Below, in pieces: positions 19,198 to 30,017 of a stretch of DNA of 64,000 nucleotides; within the stretch, counting starts at the first letter, position 1; the number at the start of each line of letters is the position of its first letter. Below the pieces are notes generated by a model. The model was not told the DNA's origin and ran no database searches. It saw nothing but the letters and a program-made list of their open reading frames with translations. Both the position numbers and the translations under genes were made by a program. The stretch comes from an uncultured bacterium (GTDB lineage: Bacteria; Chloroflexota; UBA5177; JANWHV01): positions 64,001 through 128,000 of the forward strand of contig CAWHAE010000009.1 in the NCBI GenBank assembly GCA_963827235.1. Direction: 5' to 3'.

Positions 19198-19907
19198 CCG
19201 GTGCCGAGCCCATAGTCGCCGTCCGCAACGTATCTCGCACCTTCGGCAGCGGCCACGGCAGCGTGACCGCGCTGCGTAACGTGACGCTCGAGGTTGCGCG
19301 CGGCACGCTGGTGGCCGTCACCGGGCGGTCCGGGGCGGGCAAAACCACCTTGCTCAACTTGGTTGGCGGCCTGGACACGCCTACGACGGGAACCATCCTG
19401 GTGAACGGCAGAGACGTGACTCGCCTCAGCGAGCGCGAGCGGACGCTGTTCAGACGCCACGACGTGGCGTTCGTGTTCCAGTCGTTTACCTTGCTGCCGA
19501 CGCTGTCGGCGTTCGAGAATGTGCTGCTGGCATTGCATATCTCCGGCACTGCCGCTCATCTGCGGGCACGGCGTGCCCGCGAGATGCTGCAGGTGGTCGG
19601 GCTCGCTGAGCGTGCCGATCATCGACCCTATGAGCTGTCGGGAGGAGAGCAGGAACGCGTGGCCATCGCCCGCGCCCTGGCCACCGGTGCGCCGCTCATC
19701 CTTGCCGACGAGCCCACCGGCGAGCTGGACACCGGGACCGGCCGGGAGATCGTCAACCTGCTGCGCGACGTCGTGCGGGAGCAGAGCGTTGCCGTGGTGG
19801 TGGCGACTCATGACCTCGCGGTGGTGGCAGCCACCTTCCGGTCCTACCGGCTCGCAGACGGCGTGCTGACCCCGCTGGAAGGGGTATCGCTCAGTGGCGG
19901 GCAATGA
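19194..19907 (+). CDS. ABC ATP-binding protein (LolD/MacB type)
   Basis: [40 protein letters not shown]; ATGA overlap with upstream permease. Confidence 0.92.
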   Translation: MTGAEPIVAVRNVSRTFGSGHGSVTALRNVTLEVARGTLVAVTGRSGAGKTTLLNLVGGLDTPTTGTILVNGRDVTRLSERERTLFRRHDVAFVFQSFTLLPTLSAFENVLLALHISGTAAHLRARRAREMLQVVGLAERADHRPYELSGGEQERVAIARALATGAPLILADEPTGELDTGTGREIVNLLRDVVREQSVAVVVATHDLAVVAATFRSYRLADGVLTPLEGVSLSGGQ

Positions 19908-20808
19908 TCGTGCCACGGACCTGATCGTCTGCGACAACCTGAGCAAGATCTACCGAATCGGCAGGCTCGAGGTGGCCGCGCTTCATGGTCTGGACCTGCG
20001 CGTCGGCGCCGGCGAGATGATCGGCATCGTCGGCAAGAGCGGCAGCGGCAAGAGCACCTTGCTGAATCTGCTCGGCGGCCACGACGTCCCGACGTCGGGC
20101 CTGATTCGAGTAGCAGGGTATGACCTGCACGCGATCGGCGCCGCAAAGCTGGCCGCCTATCGACGGCACGTCGTGGGTTTCGTCTGGCAGCAGACCGGTC
20201 GGAACCTGTTGCCGTACCTGTCGGCGGTACAGAACGTCGAGCAACCGCTCTATTACGCGGGCGCGTCGCGTCGCGCGGCTCGATCCCGCGCCGTTGAGCT
20301 GCTCGAGATGGTCGGTCTGCGCGACCGCATACGTCACAAGCCCGCCGACCTCTCTGGCGGCGAGCAACAACGCGTCGCTATCGCCACGGCCCTCGCCAAC
20401 AGTCCGCGTATGTTGCTCGCGGATGAGCCGACCGGTGAGCTGGACAATCAAACGGCCCACGACGTCCTGGGCGTGTTCAAGGCCATCCGCGAACAGCAGG
20501 GCGTCACCGTGGTGGTCGTCACACACGATCCGGCCGTGGCAGACATCGCCGATCGCACGGTGGCCATCCGGGACGGGCGTATCACCGAGGAACGAGTCAG
20601 GGTACGGCATGACGAAGCCGGCGACGCGCGGCCCGACGCGACTCACAGGGAGTATGTGGTGCTCGACCGCACGGGGCGCCTGCAGATACCGCAGACGTAC
20701 CTGCACACGCTGGGAATCACCGACCGGGCAGTCATTCGCATGGAGGATGGCCGTATCGTGATCGAGCCGGCGCAAGCCGGCGGATCGCCGGTAAGGACGG
20801 AGCAATGA
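19894..20808 (+). CDS. ABC ATP-binding protein (LolD type) with AbrB-like C-terminal extension
   Basis: [27 protein letters not shown]; tail [20 protein letters not shown]. Confidence 0.88.
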   Translation: MAGNDRATDLIVCDNLSKIYRIGRLEVAALHGLDLRVGAGEMIGIVGKSGSGKSTLLNLLGGHDVPTSGLIRVAGYDLHAIGAAKLAAYRRHVVGFVWQQTGRNLLPYLSAVQNVEQPLYYAGASRRAARSRAVELLEMVGLRDRIRHKPADLSGGEQQRVAIATALANSPRMLLADEPTGELDNQTAHDVLGVFKAIREQQGVTVVVVTHDPAVADIADRTVAIRDGRITEERVRVRHDEAGDARPDATHREYVVLDRTGRLQIPQTYLHTLGITDRAVIRMEDGRIVIEPAQAGGSPVRTEQ

Positions 20809-20842
20809 TCGTCGCCGTGACCCGGGCCGCGGAAGCCTCGCG

Positions 20843-23617
20843 ATGAAGGGCCTGAGAGGGCTGGTTCTCCTGGCCGTACGTCGCGCCACGGCGACGCCGC
20901 AGCTGCTGGCGATTCGCTTCGCCGGTCTCCTGGTGGCCGTGATACTCGTGGCCGGCGTGACCTTGTACGGCGGTGCCATGGGCGACGCCATGCTGCAACA
21001 GCGCGTGGGGCTGGATGCAACCAACACGAACTTCGCCGTCAGCCTCTCCGGCCAGGCCCTGAGCGGCGCGCAATATGGGAGGCTCGACTCGTATATCCGG
21101 CAGGGCGAGTCGGCCGACGTGGGATTGCCGCTTGGCAATCTGCACGTGCACCACAACACGTCGACCGTGCGCGTGTTCCGCCTGCCGGGCCGCGGGACCG
21201 CCATCAACGGTGCGCCGCTGGCCAGCCTTGCGCTCGACTACTACCAGGGGCTCATGAGCCAGGTATCGGTCTACGGCGGCCCGGCCAATCTCCCGGACAG
21301 GATGCCCGACGGCGATGCGCCGGTCCTGATCTCGCCGGAGACGGCGCGAAGTCTCCACCTTCAGCCCGGCGACCGGCTGGCGTTCGGTGAGAGCTTCACC
21401 CACGCCGTGACGCCGCCCCTCGTCGTGGCGGGCATCTTCCTCCCCAACGACATCAACAGCGCCTTCTGGGACATTCATGCCGGCGACCGCGGCTACGAAT
21501 CGCTCGTGACGCCGAGCCTGCAGGTCTTCCAGACCTTCGCTGCCGATGCGAGCCTGTTCAGCCCCGACTACTATTGGCAATCGAGCACCAGCGTCGGGGC
21601 CATCCATCTCGGCAGCGCCAACGCCATCGTCGCCGGGATCGGCCGTGCCCGCGCCCGGATGTCGGCGATCGCCCCGGGCACGACGCTGATCACCTCACTG
21701 GACGTGGCGATCGGCGGCTTCCAGGACCAGTACCAGCTCCTGTCTCAGATCCTCCTGATCCTGGTAGCGCCGGTGCTGGCACTGATCCTGTTCGCGATCT
21801 TCGTCACCACCAACCTTGCCCTCGAGAGGCAGGCGGGAGAGATCGTGTTGATGCGCAGCCGGGGCGCCACGTCGGGCCAGGTCTTCGCGCTGTACGCAGG
21901 CGAGGGAGTTGCCCTCGGCATCGCCGGTCTCGCGGTGGGCCCGTTCCTCGGTCTGCCGCTTGCGCGAGTGATCGGGCGGTCGTCGGGTTTTCTCACCTTC
22001 GGGGGCGCCCTGCAGTTCGACCTTGCTCTGCAGCCTGAGACGTATCTCTACTGCGGCGCCACGGTCGTGCTGGCTATCCTGGTCGGCCTCCTACCGGCGA
22101 TGAGCCTCGCACGGCGATCGATGATGTCGTTCAAGCGCGAGCAGTCGCGACCCAGCCGCCGGCCGCTGTGGCAACGGCTCTACCTGGATTTCGTCGTCCT
22201 GGCCGCTTCGCTCTATGGGCTGTACTTGCTGGTCGGGCAGGGAACGGTGAGCTCGAGCGACGTCACGGCGGTGGTGGCGAAAGACCCCGTGATCGGGCTG
22301 GCGCCGCTGCTCTTCGCCGTCGCCATCACCATGATGCTGGCGCGCGTGGCGCCGCGCGTCGCCGCGCTGCTGCTGTATCTGCTCGGCCGCTTCACCTCTC
22401 CCTCGGCGTACGTGGCGCTCCACAGCCTGACGCGAGCGCCGAAGCAGCCCATGCGCCTGATGCAGCTGTGCACGCTCACGCTCACCCTGGGCATCTTCGC
22501 CGCCACGGTGGCGGGCGTACAGGAGCAGAACCTGAGCGATCAGTATCTCTACCAGGCGGGAGCACCGCTGCGCCTGCGCGAGACCTTTGACCGGCAGGGC
22601 CTGCCGGTCAATCAGCAGAACGTGCCCGATGCGATGCCGATCTCGGCCCATCTCGCGCTGCCGGGCGTGCATGCCGCCACACCGGCTCTGCGCTTCGAGT
22701 CGTTCGGCAACGTGATCAACACGACGGACAACAGCACGGCCGTGAACGTGCTGGGCGTCGATCCGGCCACGGCGGCGTCGGTGATGTGGTATCGATCCGA
22801 CTTCGCCGATCAGCCCTTCGGCCGGCTCCTGCAGTCAATCGCATCCGATGGGCCGAGCGCCGTGGTGAGCGACAACCTGCTCAGCGCCACGGGCATGCAC
22901 ACGGGCGACACGTTCGGGGTCACCCTGACCAACAACACGCGGGTGTCGTTCCATATCGTGGGCACGGCCCACTTCTTCCCCAGCCTCGATCCCACGCAAT
23001 ATCCCTTCGTCGTCTGTAACCTGGCCTACCTGAGTGCCGCGAGCAAGAGCCACGGCGCCAACGAGATGTGGCTCGAGACCGACCAGACCGAGTCGGCGAT
23101 CAACACCATCCTGATTGCCGTGGGACAGTGGCCCCGCACGATTCTAAGCTACGACGGTCTGCCGCCGGCCGACGCCGCCCAGGGCAATCCGCTCTCCACC
23201 GGCATCTACGGCGTGGTCTCGGTCGGCTTCCTCATCGCCGTGGCTCTCGTGCTGCTCGGCTTCGGCACCTACGGCTACCTCACCCTGCAACAGCGGCTGA
23301 CCGAGGTAGCCATTCTGAGAGCGCTGGGACTGTCACAGGGACAGGTGCGCTCGCTGTTGCTGTTCGAGCAGGTGTTCCTGGTAGCGGCGGCCATCGCCGG
23401 CGGCATAGCGGCCGGCCTGCTGACGACCCAGCTGTTCCTGCCCTACCTGCCGGTGGCCACGAGCGTGGTGCCGCCCTTCGTCGTCGTGATGCCCTGGCTC
23501 GCCGTGGGAGAGTTCGTGCTGGCGCTGCTCGTCGTGTTCGTGCTGGTGTTGAGTGTGCACATGACCGTGCTGTTGCGCGCGCAGCTCAGTCGCGTGCTCC
23601 GTCTGGGAGAAGGATAG
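20843..23617 (+). CDS. Large FtsX/MacB-like ABC permease
   Basis: Two FtsX modules (RQAGEIVLMRSRGAT; RLTEVAILRALGLS) with large extracytoplasmic loops. Confidence 0.85.
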   Translation: MKGLRGLVLLAVRRATATPQLLAIRFAGLLVAVILVAGVTLYGGAMGDAMLQQRVGLDATNTNFAVSLSGQALSGAQYGRLDSYIRQGESADVGLPLGNLHVHHNTSTVRVFRLPGRGTAINGAPLASLALDYYQGLMSQVSVYGGPANLPDRMPDGDAPVLISPETARSLHLQPGDRLAFGESFTHAVTPPLVVAGIFLPNDINSAFWDIHAGDRGYESLVTPSLQVFQTFAADASLFSPDYYWQSSTSVGAIHLGSANAIVAGIGRARARMSAIAPGTTLITSLDVAIGGFQDQYQLLSQILLILVAPVLALILFAIFVTTNLALERQAGEIVLMRSRGATSGQVFALYAGEGVALGIAGLAVGPFLGLPLARVIGRSSGFLTFGGALQFDLALQPETYLYCGATVVLAILVGLLPAMSLARRSMMSFKREQSRPSRRPLWQRLYLDFVVLAASLYGLYLLVGQGTVSSSDVTAVVAKDPVIGLAPLLFAVAITMMLARVAPRVAALLLYLLGRFTSPSAYVALHSLTRAPKQPMRLMQLCTLTLTLGIFAATVAGVQEQNLSDQYLYQAGAPLRLRETFDRQGLPVNQQNVPDAMPISAHLALPGVHAATPALRFESFGNVINTTDNSTAVNVLGVDPATAASVMWYRSDFADQPFGRLLQSIASDGPSAVVSDNLLSATGMHTGDTFGVTLTNNTRVSFHIVGTAHFFPSLDPTQYPFVVCNLAYLSAASKSHGANEMWLETDQTESAINTILIAVGQWPRTILSYDGLPPADAAQGNPLSTGIYGVVSVGFLIAVALVLLGFGTYGYLTLQQRLTEVAILRALGLSQGQVRSLLLFEQVFLVAAAIAGGIAAGLLTTQLFLPYLPVATSVVPPFVVVMPWLAVGEFVLALLVVFVLVLSVHMTVLLRAQLSRVLRLGEG

Positions 23618-23666
23618 GAACGAGGCGCGTCGCCGCACCGGCCAGAGTTCAGTGCAGAGGAGAGAG

Positions 23667-24890
23667 ATGGTGAGCACGGAGACGTTTACACTCGGAGTCA
23701 ACTACTGGCCGCGCAAGAAGGCCATGTATTGGTGGAAGGACTTCGACCGGGCCGAGGTAGAGACGGAGTTCGCGCAGATCGCCGGCATGGGCTTGCAGGT
23801 GGTGCGCATCTTTCTCTTCTGGGAGGACTTCCAGCCCGCTCCCGATCGCATCAACGACCGCGCGCTGGCCGATCTGGGCACGGTGCTGGACGTGGCCAGC
23901 GAAGCCCGCCTCAAGGTAATGCCCACGTTCTTCACGGGCAACATGTCGGGCATCTGCTGGTGGCCCCTGTGGGCGCTGACGGACCGGGACGATCCCAGCG
24001 GGAGCGTACGGCGGGCCGGAGGCGAGTACACGTTGCGCCAGGGCCGCGATCCCTACGCCGATCCCTTCATGCTGGAAGCGGAGACGCGGCAGATTGAAGC
24101 CGTGTGCGGCCGCTACGGCAGCCATCCCGCGGTGTATTCCTGGAACTTCTCCAATGAGCCCGACCTCTTCTTCACCCCGAAGACGTATGCGGATGGCGCC
24201 GGCTGGAACCGTATCTTGAGCCGGACCGCGCGGAAGTGCTCGCCGCTTCCCGTGAGCGCCGGCATGCACCTCCCGACCCTGAATTCGTATAACGGCTTCC
24301 GCCCCGACATGCTGGCACCGAATAACGATTTCCTTTCCATGCACGCCTACAGCATCTACTTCGGGCCCACCGAGCTGGTCGACCCATTGAACAGCGACGT
24401 CATCCCGCTGGCAAGCCTGGTGACCGAAGCATTGGGCGGCAAGCGCGTCCTGCTGGAGGAGTTCGGTTACGCCAGCTCCGAGAAGGGTGACGTGTCGGAG
24501 CACCGGATCGTCAAGCGTGCCACGCATGAAGGCAGGCAGTACTTCGCGGCCGACGATCCCGGCGGCGTGTTCTACCGCGACACGCTGACCAAGCTGGCGA
24601 GGTGCGGATCTCTGGGCGCCTTTGCCTGGATGTTCTCCGACTACGATCCCAGCCTCTGGAGTCTGCCGCCATTCGACTCCAACGAGCACGAGCGATTCTT
24701 CGGATTGACGCGCTACGACGGCACGGTGAAGCCGTCCGGCCGGGCCATGAGCGAGATGGCTGCCCAGGTACGCGAGAACGGGCTGCCGGCGCGCACCGTG
24801 GAGCCGCCGGAGCTCGACGCCGACGCCTGGTACCGCGACCCCAGGACGAGCTTCGAATCGCTCTTCAGGCGCATGCAAGGCACGATCTGA
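23667..24890 (+). CDS. Clan GH-A glycoside hydrolase (GH5/GH2-like)
   Basis: GVNYWPR, VRIFLFWEDFQP, NFSNEP acid/base, LLEEFG nucleophile. Confidence 0.85.
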   Translation: MVSTETFTLGVNYWPRKKAMYWWKDFDRAEVETEFAQIAGMGLQVVRIFLFWEDFQPAPDRINDRALADLGTVLDVASEARLKVMPTFFTGNMSGICWWPLWALTDRDDPSGSVRRAGGEYTLRQGRDPYADPFMLEAETRQIEAVCGRYGSHPAVYSWNFSNEPDLFFTPKTYADGAGWNRILSRTARKCSPLPVSAGMHLPTLNSYNGFRPDMLAPNNDFLSMHAYSIYFGPTELVDPLNSDVIPLASLVTEALGGKRVLLEEFGYASSEKGDVSEHRIVKRATHEGRQYFAADDPGGVFYRDTLTKLARCGSLGAFAWMFSDYDPSLWSLPPFDSNEHERFFGLTRYDGTVKPSGRAMSEMAAQVRENGLPARTVEPPELDADAWYRDPRTSFESLFRRMQGTI

Positions 24891-25569
24891 AGCCGGCACC
24901 TGTCTCGCTGCTTTGCTTGGAAGAGCTTGCGGGCCGCACGCAGGTTTTCGCCCGTGTGGTCACGTTCCGGGTTAAGCCCAATCGTGAGCCGCGATCGATG
25001 GCCCACCCGCTCCTCCGGCTCGCAGGCCACGTCAACGCGCGCGGCAATGCTCGCCGCGATACGTCGGCGCAGCTTCTCGCGGGAGAATGCTGTCCCCATC
25101 CTCCGAATGGCCGAAGAACGCGCGGCCCTGCGGAAAGACCGGCTCCACCAACAGCGACCGATCAAGATACTTGTTGCCGCCCTCACACGCACCATACCGT
25201 CCGTGCGCCCGTGCGGTGGTCGTCCGGTTGGCTCGCTCCTTGCACGATGGGGTCTGCTGCGTTTGGCAACGCCAGGCCCAGGTCCACTCCACTATACTGA
25301 TGAGCAGAGGCGCAGGGCATGCACTGACCAGCCAGGCGCCATTGGTCGACCAGGGGACGATGAGCGTGCATGATTCCGGCGCGGAGCACTTTGAGTTGGA
25401 GACGGCGCTGCACGGCGGGCTGCAGGCCTTCGCCTCCGGTGACATGGCAGCAGTAATCGCGGCGCAGGGTCCGGACCCTGAGCGCACCGGCGATCTCGCA
25501 CGTGTTCTGGCGACCCGCTCCTGGCCCGCGTAGTAGCGAGTCATGCTCTCTAGCGCGCACGGAGGCGCG

Positions 25570-26313
25570 ATGATTCCGCCCCCACCCTTCAGGCTGCGCC
25601 TCGATCCGCGCTTTGCACCGCGCTTCCCGGGCTATACCGCGCTGGTGATCTACGCCCAGAACCTCACGAACGGGCCGAGCGACGCCGGCAGTATCGCGGT
25701 GCTCCGTGCGGCCGAGCGGGACCAGCGTGCTGCGTTCGCCGGCGGGAAGGCGGCGGATCACCCGCACATCCAGGCCTGGCGCGCGGCGTTTGGGGCGTTT
25801 GGCGCTAAGCCAAGCAAGTATCCGTGCTCGGCGGAGGCCTTGCTCTCGCGGACGCTGAAAGGTCAGGATCTCCCCGCCATCAATCGCGTCGTCGACTTCT
25901 ACAACGCGGTGAGCGTGCGGCACGTCCTCCCGGTCGGCGGTGAGGACTGGGATTGCCTGGACGGCGACCTCGTCTTGACGGAGGCAGAGGGGACCGAGCC
26001 GTTCGTGAGCGTGGAGGCCGGGACGGAGGTGACAACCTATCCCGAGCCGGGTGAGATCATCTGGGCTGACCCTAGGGGTGTCACCTGCAGGCGATGGAAT
26101 TGGCGGCAGGGGCGGCGCACGCTGCTGACTCAGGAGACGCGGCAGGCGTACTTTGTGCTGGACCGCCTCACCCCGTACACCGAGGATGCGCTGCTGACGG
26201 CGGGAGAAGAATTGACCGGACTGCTACGGACCGCGAGCCCCGCGTGCCTGTTGACGCTGGTCCTGCTGGGCGGAGAGCACGGGCCAACAGGCCGGGACAT
26301 CTCCAGTCCCTGA
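25570..26313 (+). CDS. B3/B4 domain protein (PheRS-beta-like editing domain)
   Basis: AWRAAFGAFGAKPSKYPCSAEAL, INRVVDFYNAVS, GGEDWD, CRRWNWRQ. Confidence 0.88.
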   Translation: MIPPPPFRLRLDPRFAPRFPGYTALVIYAQNLTNGPSDAGSIAVLRAAERDQRAAFAGGKAADHPHIQAWRAAFGAFGAKPSKYPCSAEALLSRTLKGQDLPAINRVVDFYNAVSVRHVLPVGGEDWDCLDGDLVLTEAEGTEPFVSVEAGTEVTTYPEPGEIIWADPRGVTCRRWNWRQGRRTLLTQETRQAYFVLDRLTPYTEDALLTAGEELTGLLRTASPACLLTLVLLGGEHGPTGRDISSP

Positions 26314-26534
26314 GGCGCGCGCCCCGGTCGCGACGCGCTGCGCTACTATGCCGCGTCTTCGCTGCCAGGGCAGACCACGAAGAACGGGTTGCAGCCTCCG
26401 CTGACTCCACAGCGCGTCGGCCGCTGCATTCTCGATGCTTGTGTCGGGCAACCGAGCCCAGCGTACGACGTGTATCTCGGTCAATCTGAACCGGCCCGAC
26501 CAAGCCACCGGCCCTGAGCGCAGAGTGTAAACTG

Positions 26535-26562
26535 TTGACTAGCCCGGCGCCTACTGTATCAT
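26535..26562 (+). promoter_or_regulatory. Putative sigma70 promoter of the groEL paralog
   Basis: TTGACT 26535-26540, 16 bp, TATCAT 26557-26562. Confidence 0.45.
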
Positions 26563-26663
26563 GCACCTGGGTTTACGGCTGAGCGATCGCGTCGTCGCCG
26601 AGCTCAGGCGAGACGAACCCTGCGCCGGAGCATACCGAGTTTTGGAAGGGTCTGGTTGGCATA

Positions 26664-28319
26664 ATGGTCAGTAATCGTAGGCCTGGCAGGATTGCGCCTG
26701 AGCCGCTAGAGGACACCATACCTCCCGGCATATTGAGCGGCACCCCGGCGCGCGCCGCGCTGCGACGCGGAGTTGACTGCCTGGCTGAGGCCGTGCGGCC
26801 GACCCTCGGACCGCTTCCGCGCACCGTGGCGCTGAAGGAAGAGATAAACGGCGGACCGGTCGAGATACTCGACGACGCGTCGACGATCGTGCGGCGCATC
26901 ATCGAGGTGCCGGACGTCTATGTCAATATGGGCGCCATGCTGCTTCGCCACGCCGTCTGGCGGACCTTCGAAGCGGTAGGCGATGGAGGAGCCACCACTG
27001 CCATCCTGTTCCAGGCGCTCTTGCGCCGCTTGAGTCCCTATATAGCGGCCGGCGGCGACCCCGTTGCCCTCCGGCGGCACCTGGAGCACGGCCTTGCCGC
27101 CGCCACCGCCGCTTTGCGCGCCCAGGCCAGGAAGCTGGAGGGGCCCGAGGAGATTCGACGCGCCGCCGAGACGCTGTGCCACGATCCCGCGCTGGCCCGC
27201 ATGCTGGGTGAGATATTCGACATCGTGGGCTCGGACGGCTACGTGCAGGTGGAGAACCTCTACTCTCCCGGCCTCGAGCGCCAGTACGTGGAAGGCGTCC
27301 ACTGGGACCAGGGCATGGTTTCGGCGTACTTCGTCACCGACGAGGACAAACAGGAAGCGCGCCTCGAGATGCCTATGCTCCTGATCAGCGACCTCCGCAT
27401 CTCGTCTGCGGAAGAGCTCCTTCCGCTGCTGGACAAGCTGGTCGCGGCGGGCTGCCCGGGTCTGATCGTGATCGCCGACGAGATCGCCGAGACTGCCCTC
27501 GCCCTCTTGCTGGCCAATCACCGGCAGGGCACCCTCCATTCCTTCGCCGTCAAGGCACCCTCGCACGAGCCGCACCGGTCGCGTATCCTGCAGGATCTGG
27601 CCGTGCTCACCGGAGGCAGCGTGGTTAGCCAGGACAGCGGGCAGCGCCTCGGCAGCGTCGGCCTGGACGACCTGGGTCGAGCGCGCCACGCCTGGGCAAA
27701 CAGCGGCAACTTCGGCGTCTACGGCGGGGACTCGGATCCCGCCGCGCTTCGCAGGCGCATCGTCGAGGTCAAGGCAGAGCTGGCGGCGACGACCAAGACA
27801 GAAGATCGGGAAGTCGTCCGCCGCCGCTTGGGCAGACTGATGGGCGGCGTGGCAATCCTCAAGGTGGGCGGCGACACGGAGAACCACCAGAAGACCCGCA
27901 AAGCGCTGGCCGACCGTGCGGTCACCGCGCTCAGGTTGGCGCTCGACGCCGGCGTGGCTCCCGGTGGCGGAGCCGCATACCTGGCCTGCCGCCGCGCCCT
28001 GCGGGACGCCCCGGGCTCGACCGAGGAACGGGTAGCCCACGAGGCCCTGGCCCTGGCTCTGGAGGAGCCGCTGTCCGCCATCGCGGCCAACGCCGGATTC
28101 CAGCCCAACGTGGCCGTCGCCGCCGTGGATGACGCTCCGGCAGGGTGGGGCTTCGATGCCTGCAGCGGTCAGATCGTGGACATGTGGCAGGCCGGCATCG
28201 TCGACCCGTTGCCGGTGCTGCAGAAGGCGCTCGAGGTCGCCGTCAGCGGCGCCGCCATGACCCTGGGCAGCGAGGTGCTGGTACACAAGCGAGACCCGCT
28301 CAAGAAGGTCAATCCCTGA
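26664..28319 (+). CDS. groEL: Divergent GroEL/Cpn60 chaperonin paralog
   Basis: PTLGP, GDGATTA, YFVTD, VKAP, LQDLAVLTGG, GVAPGGGAA, AGIVDP; no GGM tail, no adjacent groES. Confidence 0.85.
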   Translation: MVSNRRPGRIAPEPLEDTIPPGILSGTPARAALRRGVDCLAEAVRPTLGPLPRTVALKEEINGGPVEILDDASTIVRRIIEVPDVYVNMGAMLLRHAVWRTFEAVGDGGATTAILFQALLRRLSPYIAAGGDPVALRRHLEHGLAAATAALRAQARKLEGPEEIRRAAETLCHDPALARMLGEIFDIVGSDGYVQVENLYSPGLERQYVEGVHWDQGMVSAYFVTDEDKQEARLEMPMLLISDLRISSAEELLPLLDKLVAAGCPGLIVIADEIAETALALLLANHRQGTLHSFAVKAPSHEPHRSRILQDLAVLTGGSVVSQDSGQRLGSVGLDDLGRARHAWANSGNFGVYGGDSDPAALRRRIVEVKAELAATTKTEDREVVRRRLGRLMGGVAILKVGGDTENHQKTRKALADRAVTALRLALDAGVAPGGGAAYLACRRALRDAPGSTEERVAHEALALALEEPLSAIAANAGFQPNVAVAAVDDAPAGWGFDACSGQIVDMWQAGIVDPLPVLQKALEVAVSGAAMTLGSEVLVHKRDPLKKVNP

Positions 28320-28335
28320 GCAGGTAACACCTGCC

Positions 28336-29511
28336 TTAACGCAGAAAGCGCTCGGCGACCGCCACCATCATGTCGACGCCCGCCGGTAGTGCCGACTCGT
28401 CCATGTCGAACCGCGGGTGATGGTGGCCGTAGACCAGGTTCCTATCCGGGTTTCGCGTGCCCAGGAAGAAGAAGCTGCCCGGCACTCGCTCGAGGAAGGA
28501 CGAGAAGTCCTCCGCGCCCATGCTCGGAACCTCGACCAGAACTCTGTCTACCGGCACCACGCCGCGCGCGGCTTCGAAGACGAGCGCCGTCATCGCCGGA
28601 TCGTTGACCACCGCTGGGTTGCCGAACGAGTAGTGACAGACACACTCGAGGCGTAGCGCGTGCGCGATGCCGGACGCCACTTCTTCGATCCGCCTGGCCA
28701 GATGGCGGCGCACGCCCTCGTCGAAGGAGCGCACGGTGCCGGTCATCGTACACGTCTGCGGAATGATGTTCGGCGCGTTGCCCGCGTGGATCGCCCCTAC
28801 CGTGATCACGGCGCTCTGCATCGGATCGACCTCCCTGGACACGATCGTCTGCAGGGCAAGCGTGATCTGGGCGGCGGCGACCACGGGGTCGATGCACTGG
28901 TGCGGATAGGCGCCGTGCCCGCCTACCCCGGTCAGCCTCAGCGTGAACGTGTCGGCCGCCGCCATCACCGGACCGTCGCTCGTCGATACGGTGCCCACCG
29001 GGCCGTCCTGCGAGACGTGAAGCGCGAAGGCAGCATCCACTTTCGGGTTCTCGAGCACGCCCTCTGCGATCATGGCCACGGCGCCGCCGGGCGCCTGCTC
29101 CTCGCACGGCTGGAAGACCAGCTTGACGGTGCCCGCCAGGCGATCCCGGTGCTCGACGAGAACGCGCGCCGCGTTCAGCAAGATGGCAGTATGGGCATCG
29201 TGCCCGCACGCGTGCATGACCCCCTGATTCCGGGAGGCATAGGGAACGTCGTTCTCCTCCTGTATGGGCAGCGCATCCAGATCGGCTCGCAGCAGAACCG
29301 TCTTGCCCGGCTTCTCGCCCCGGATGAGCGCCACCACGCCGGTGCGGGCCACTCCCGTCTGCACCTCTAGCCCCAACGCACGCAGTCGCCTGGCCACGAA
29401 CTCGGCGGTCTCGACCTCCTTGAAGCCTAGCTCGGGGTGCGCGTGCAGGTGGCGCCGGTCGAGCACCACTTGCTCGGCCACCGGCAGAAGAGATGCCGCG
29501 GGTGTCTCCAT
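28336..29511 (-). CDS. M20D amidohydrolase
   Basis: RRHLHAHPELGFKE, LRADLDALP, MHACGHDAH, FQPCEE, GGHGA, AEDFS, HHPRF. Confidence 0.92.
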   Translation of the reverse strand: METPAASLLPVAEQVVLDRRHLHAHPELGFKEVETAEFVARRLRALGLEVQTGVARTGVVALIRGEKPGKTVLLRADLDALPIQEENDVPYASRNQGVMHACGHDAHTAILLNAARVLVEHRDRLAGTVKLVFQPCEEQAPGGAVAMIAEGVLENPKVDAAFALHVSQDGPVGTVSTSDGPVMAAADTFTLRLTGVGGHGAYPHQCIDPVVAAAQITLALQTIVSREVDPMQSAVITVGAIHAGNAPNIIPQTCTMTGTVRSFDEGVRRHLARRIEEVASGIAHALRLECVCHYSFGNPAVVNDPAMTALVFEAARGVVPVDRVLVEVPSMGAEDFSSFLERVPGSFFFLGTRNPDRNLVYGHHHPRFDMDESALPAGVDMMVAVAERFLR

Positions 29512-29901
29512 AACGTTCTCCTGACTGCTGCGCTCGCCAAAACAGTTCTGCTTCAACCGAGCTGTGACGACGACCCAGGTCCGCTGCCGGCTCCCGAGAT
29601 GCCGCCTCCGGGCGGGCGGGAATGTGCCGGACGTACCACGAACGTACGGCTCGTCCAGTGACATGGTAGTCCCTGCCTGGCGTCGGATGCCACACGCGTG
29701 ACCGCCGCGGCCACGAACCGGCGGCGCCCGTCCGATCGTGCCTGCCGCGGCCCTGACGGCCCGGCCGCCCGGGCTGTACCATGACCTCGTTTGTAGGCGC
29801 GCAGCCGGGGCCGGCGCTCCTATCTCTCGATCGCGCCGCCCCGCGTACGCGTCGATTCCGGAGACGAGTAGCTTGTCAACCATAAATCTTCACATCACCT
29901 C

Positions 29902-29947
29902 GACACCGCAGTGTCCGTCTGCTGCCATGACACCGCAGTGTCAGGCC
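29902..29947 (+). repeat. Double-hairpin element, variant of the CNCA-loop family
   Basis: GACAC-CGCA-GTGTC twice (29902-29915, 29929-29942), linked by CTGCTGCCA and followed by AGGCC. Confidence 0.65.
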
Positions 29948-30017
29948 GCTTCCCACCGAAACTATTGCCTGTTGACAGACCACTAGCCCTGCTCTGACGC
30001 GGATCGGAGGGCGACCT

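Noticed and set aside
24900-25533. Short ORFs between the glycosidase and the B3/B4 gene
   Set aside because: No recognisable motif; possibly decayed fragments, cannot be supported
29512-29883. N-terminal extension of the M20 amidohydrolase given by the ORF track
   Set aside because: Low-complexity, no family similarity; ATG 29511 has an AGGAG RBS
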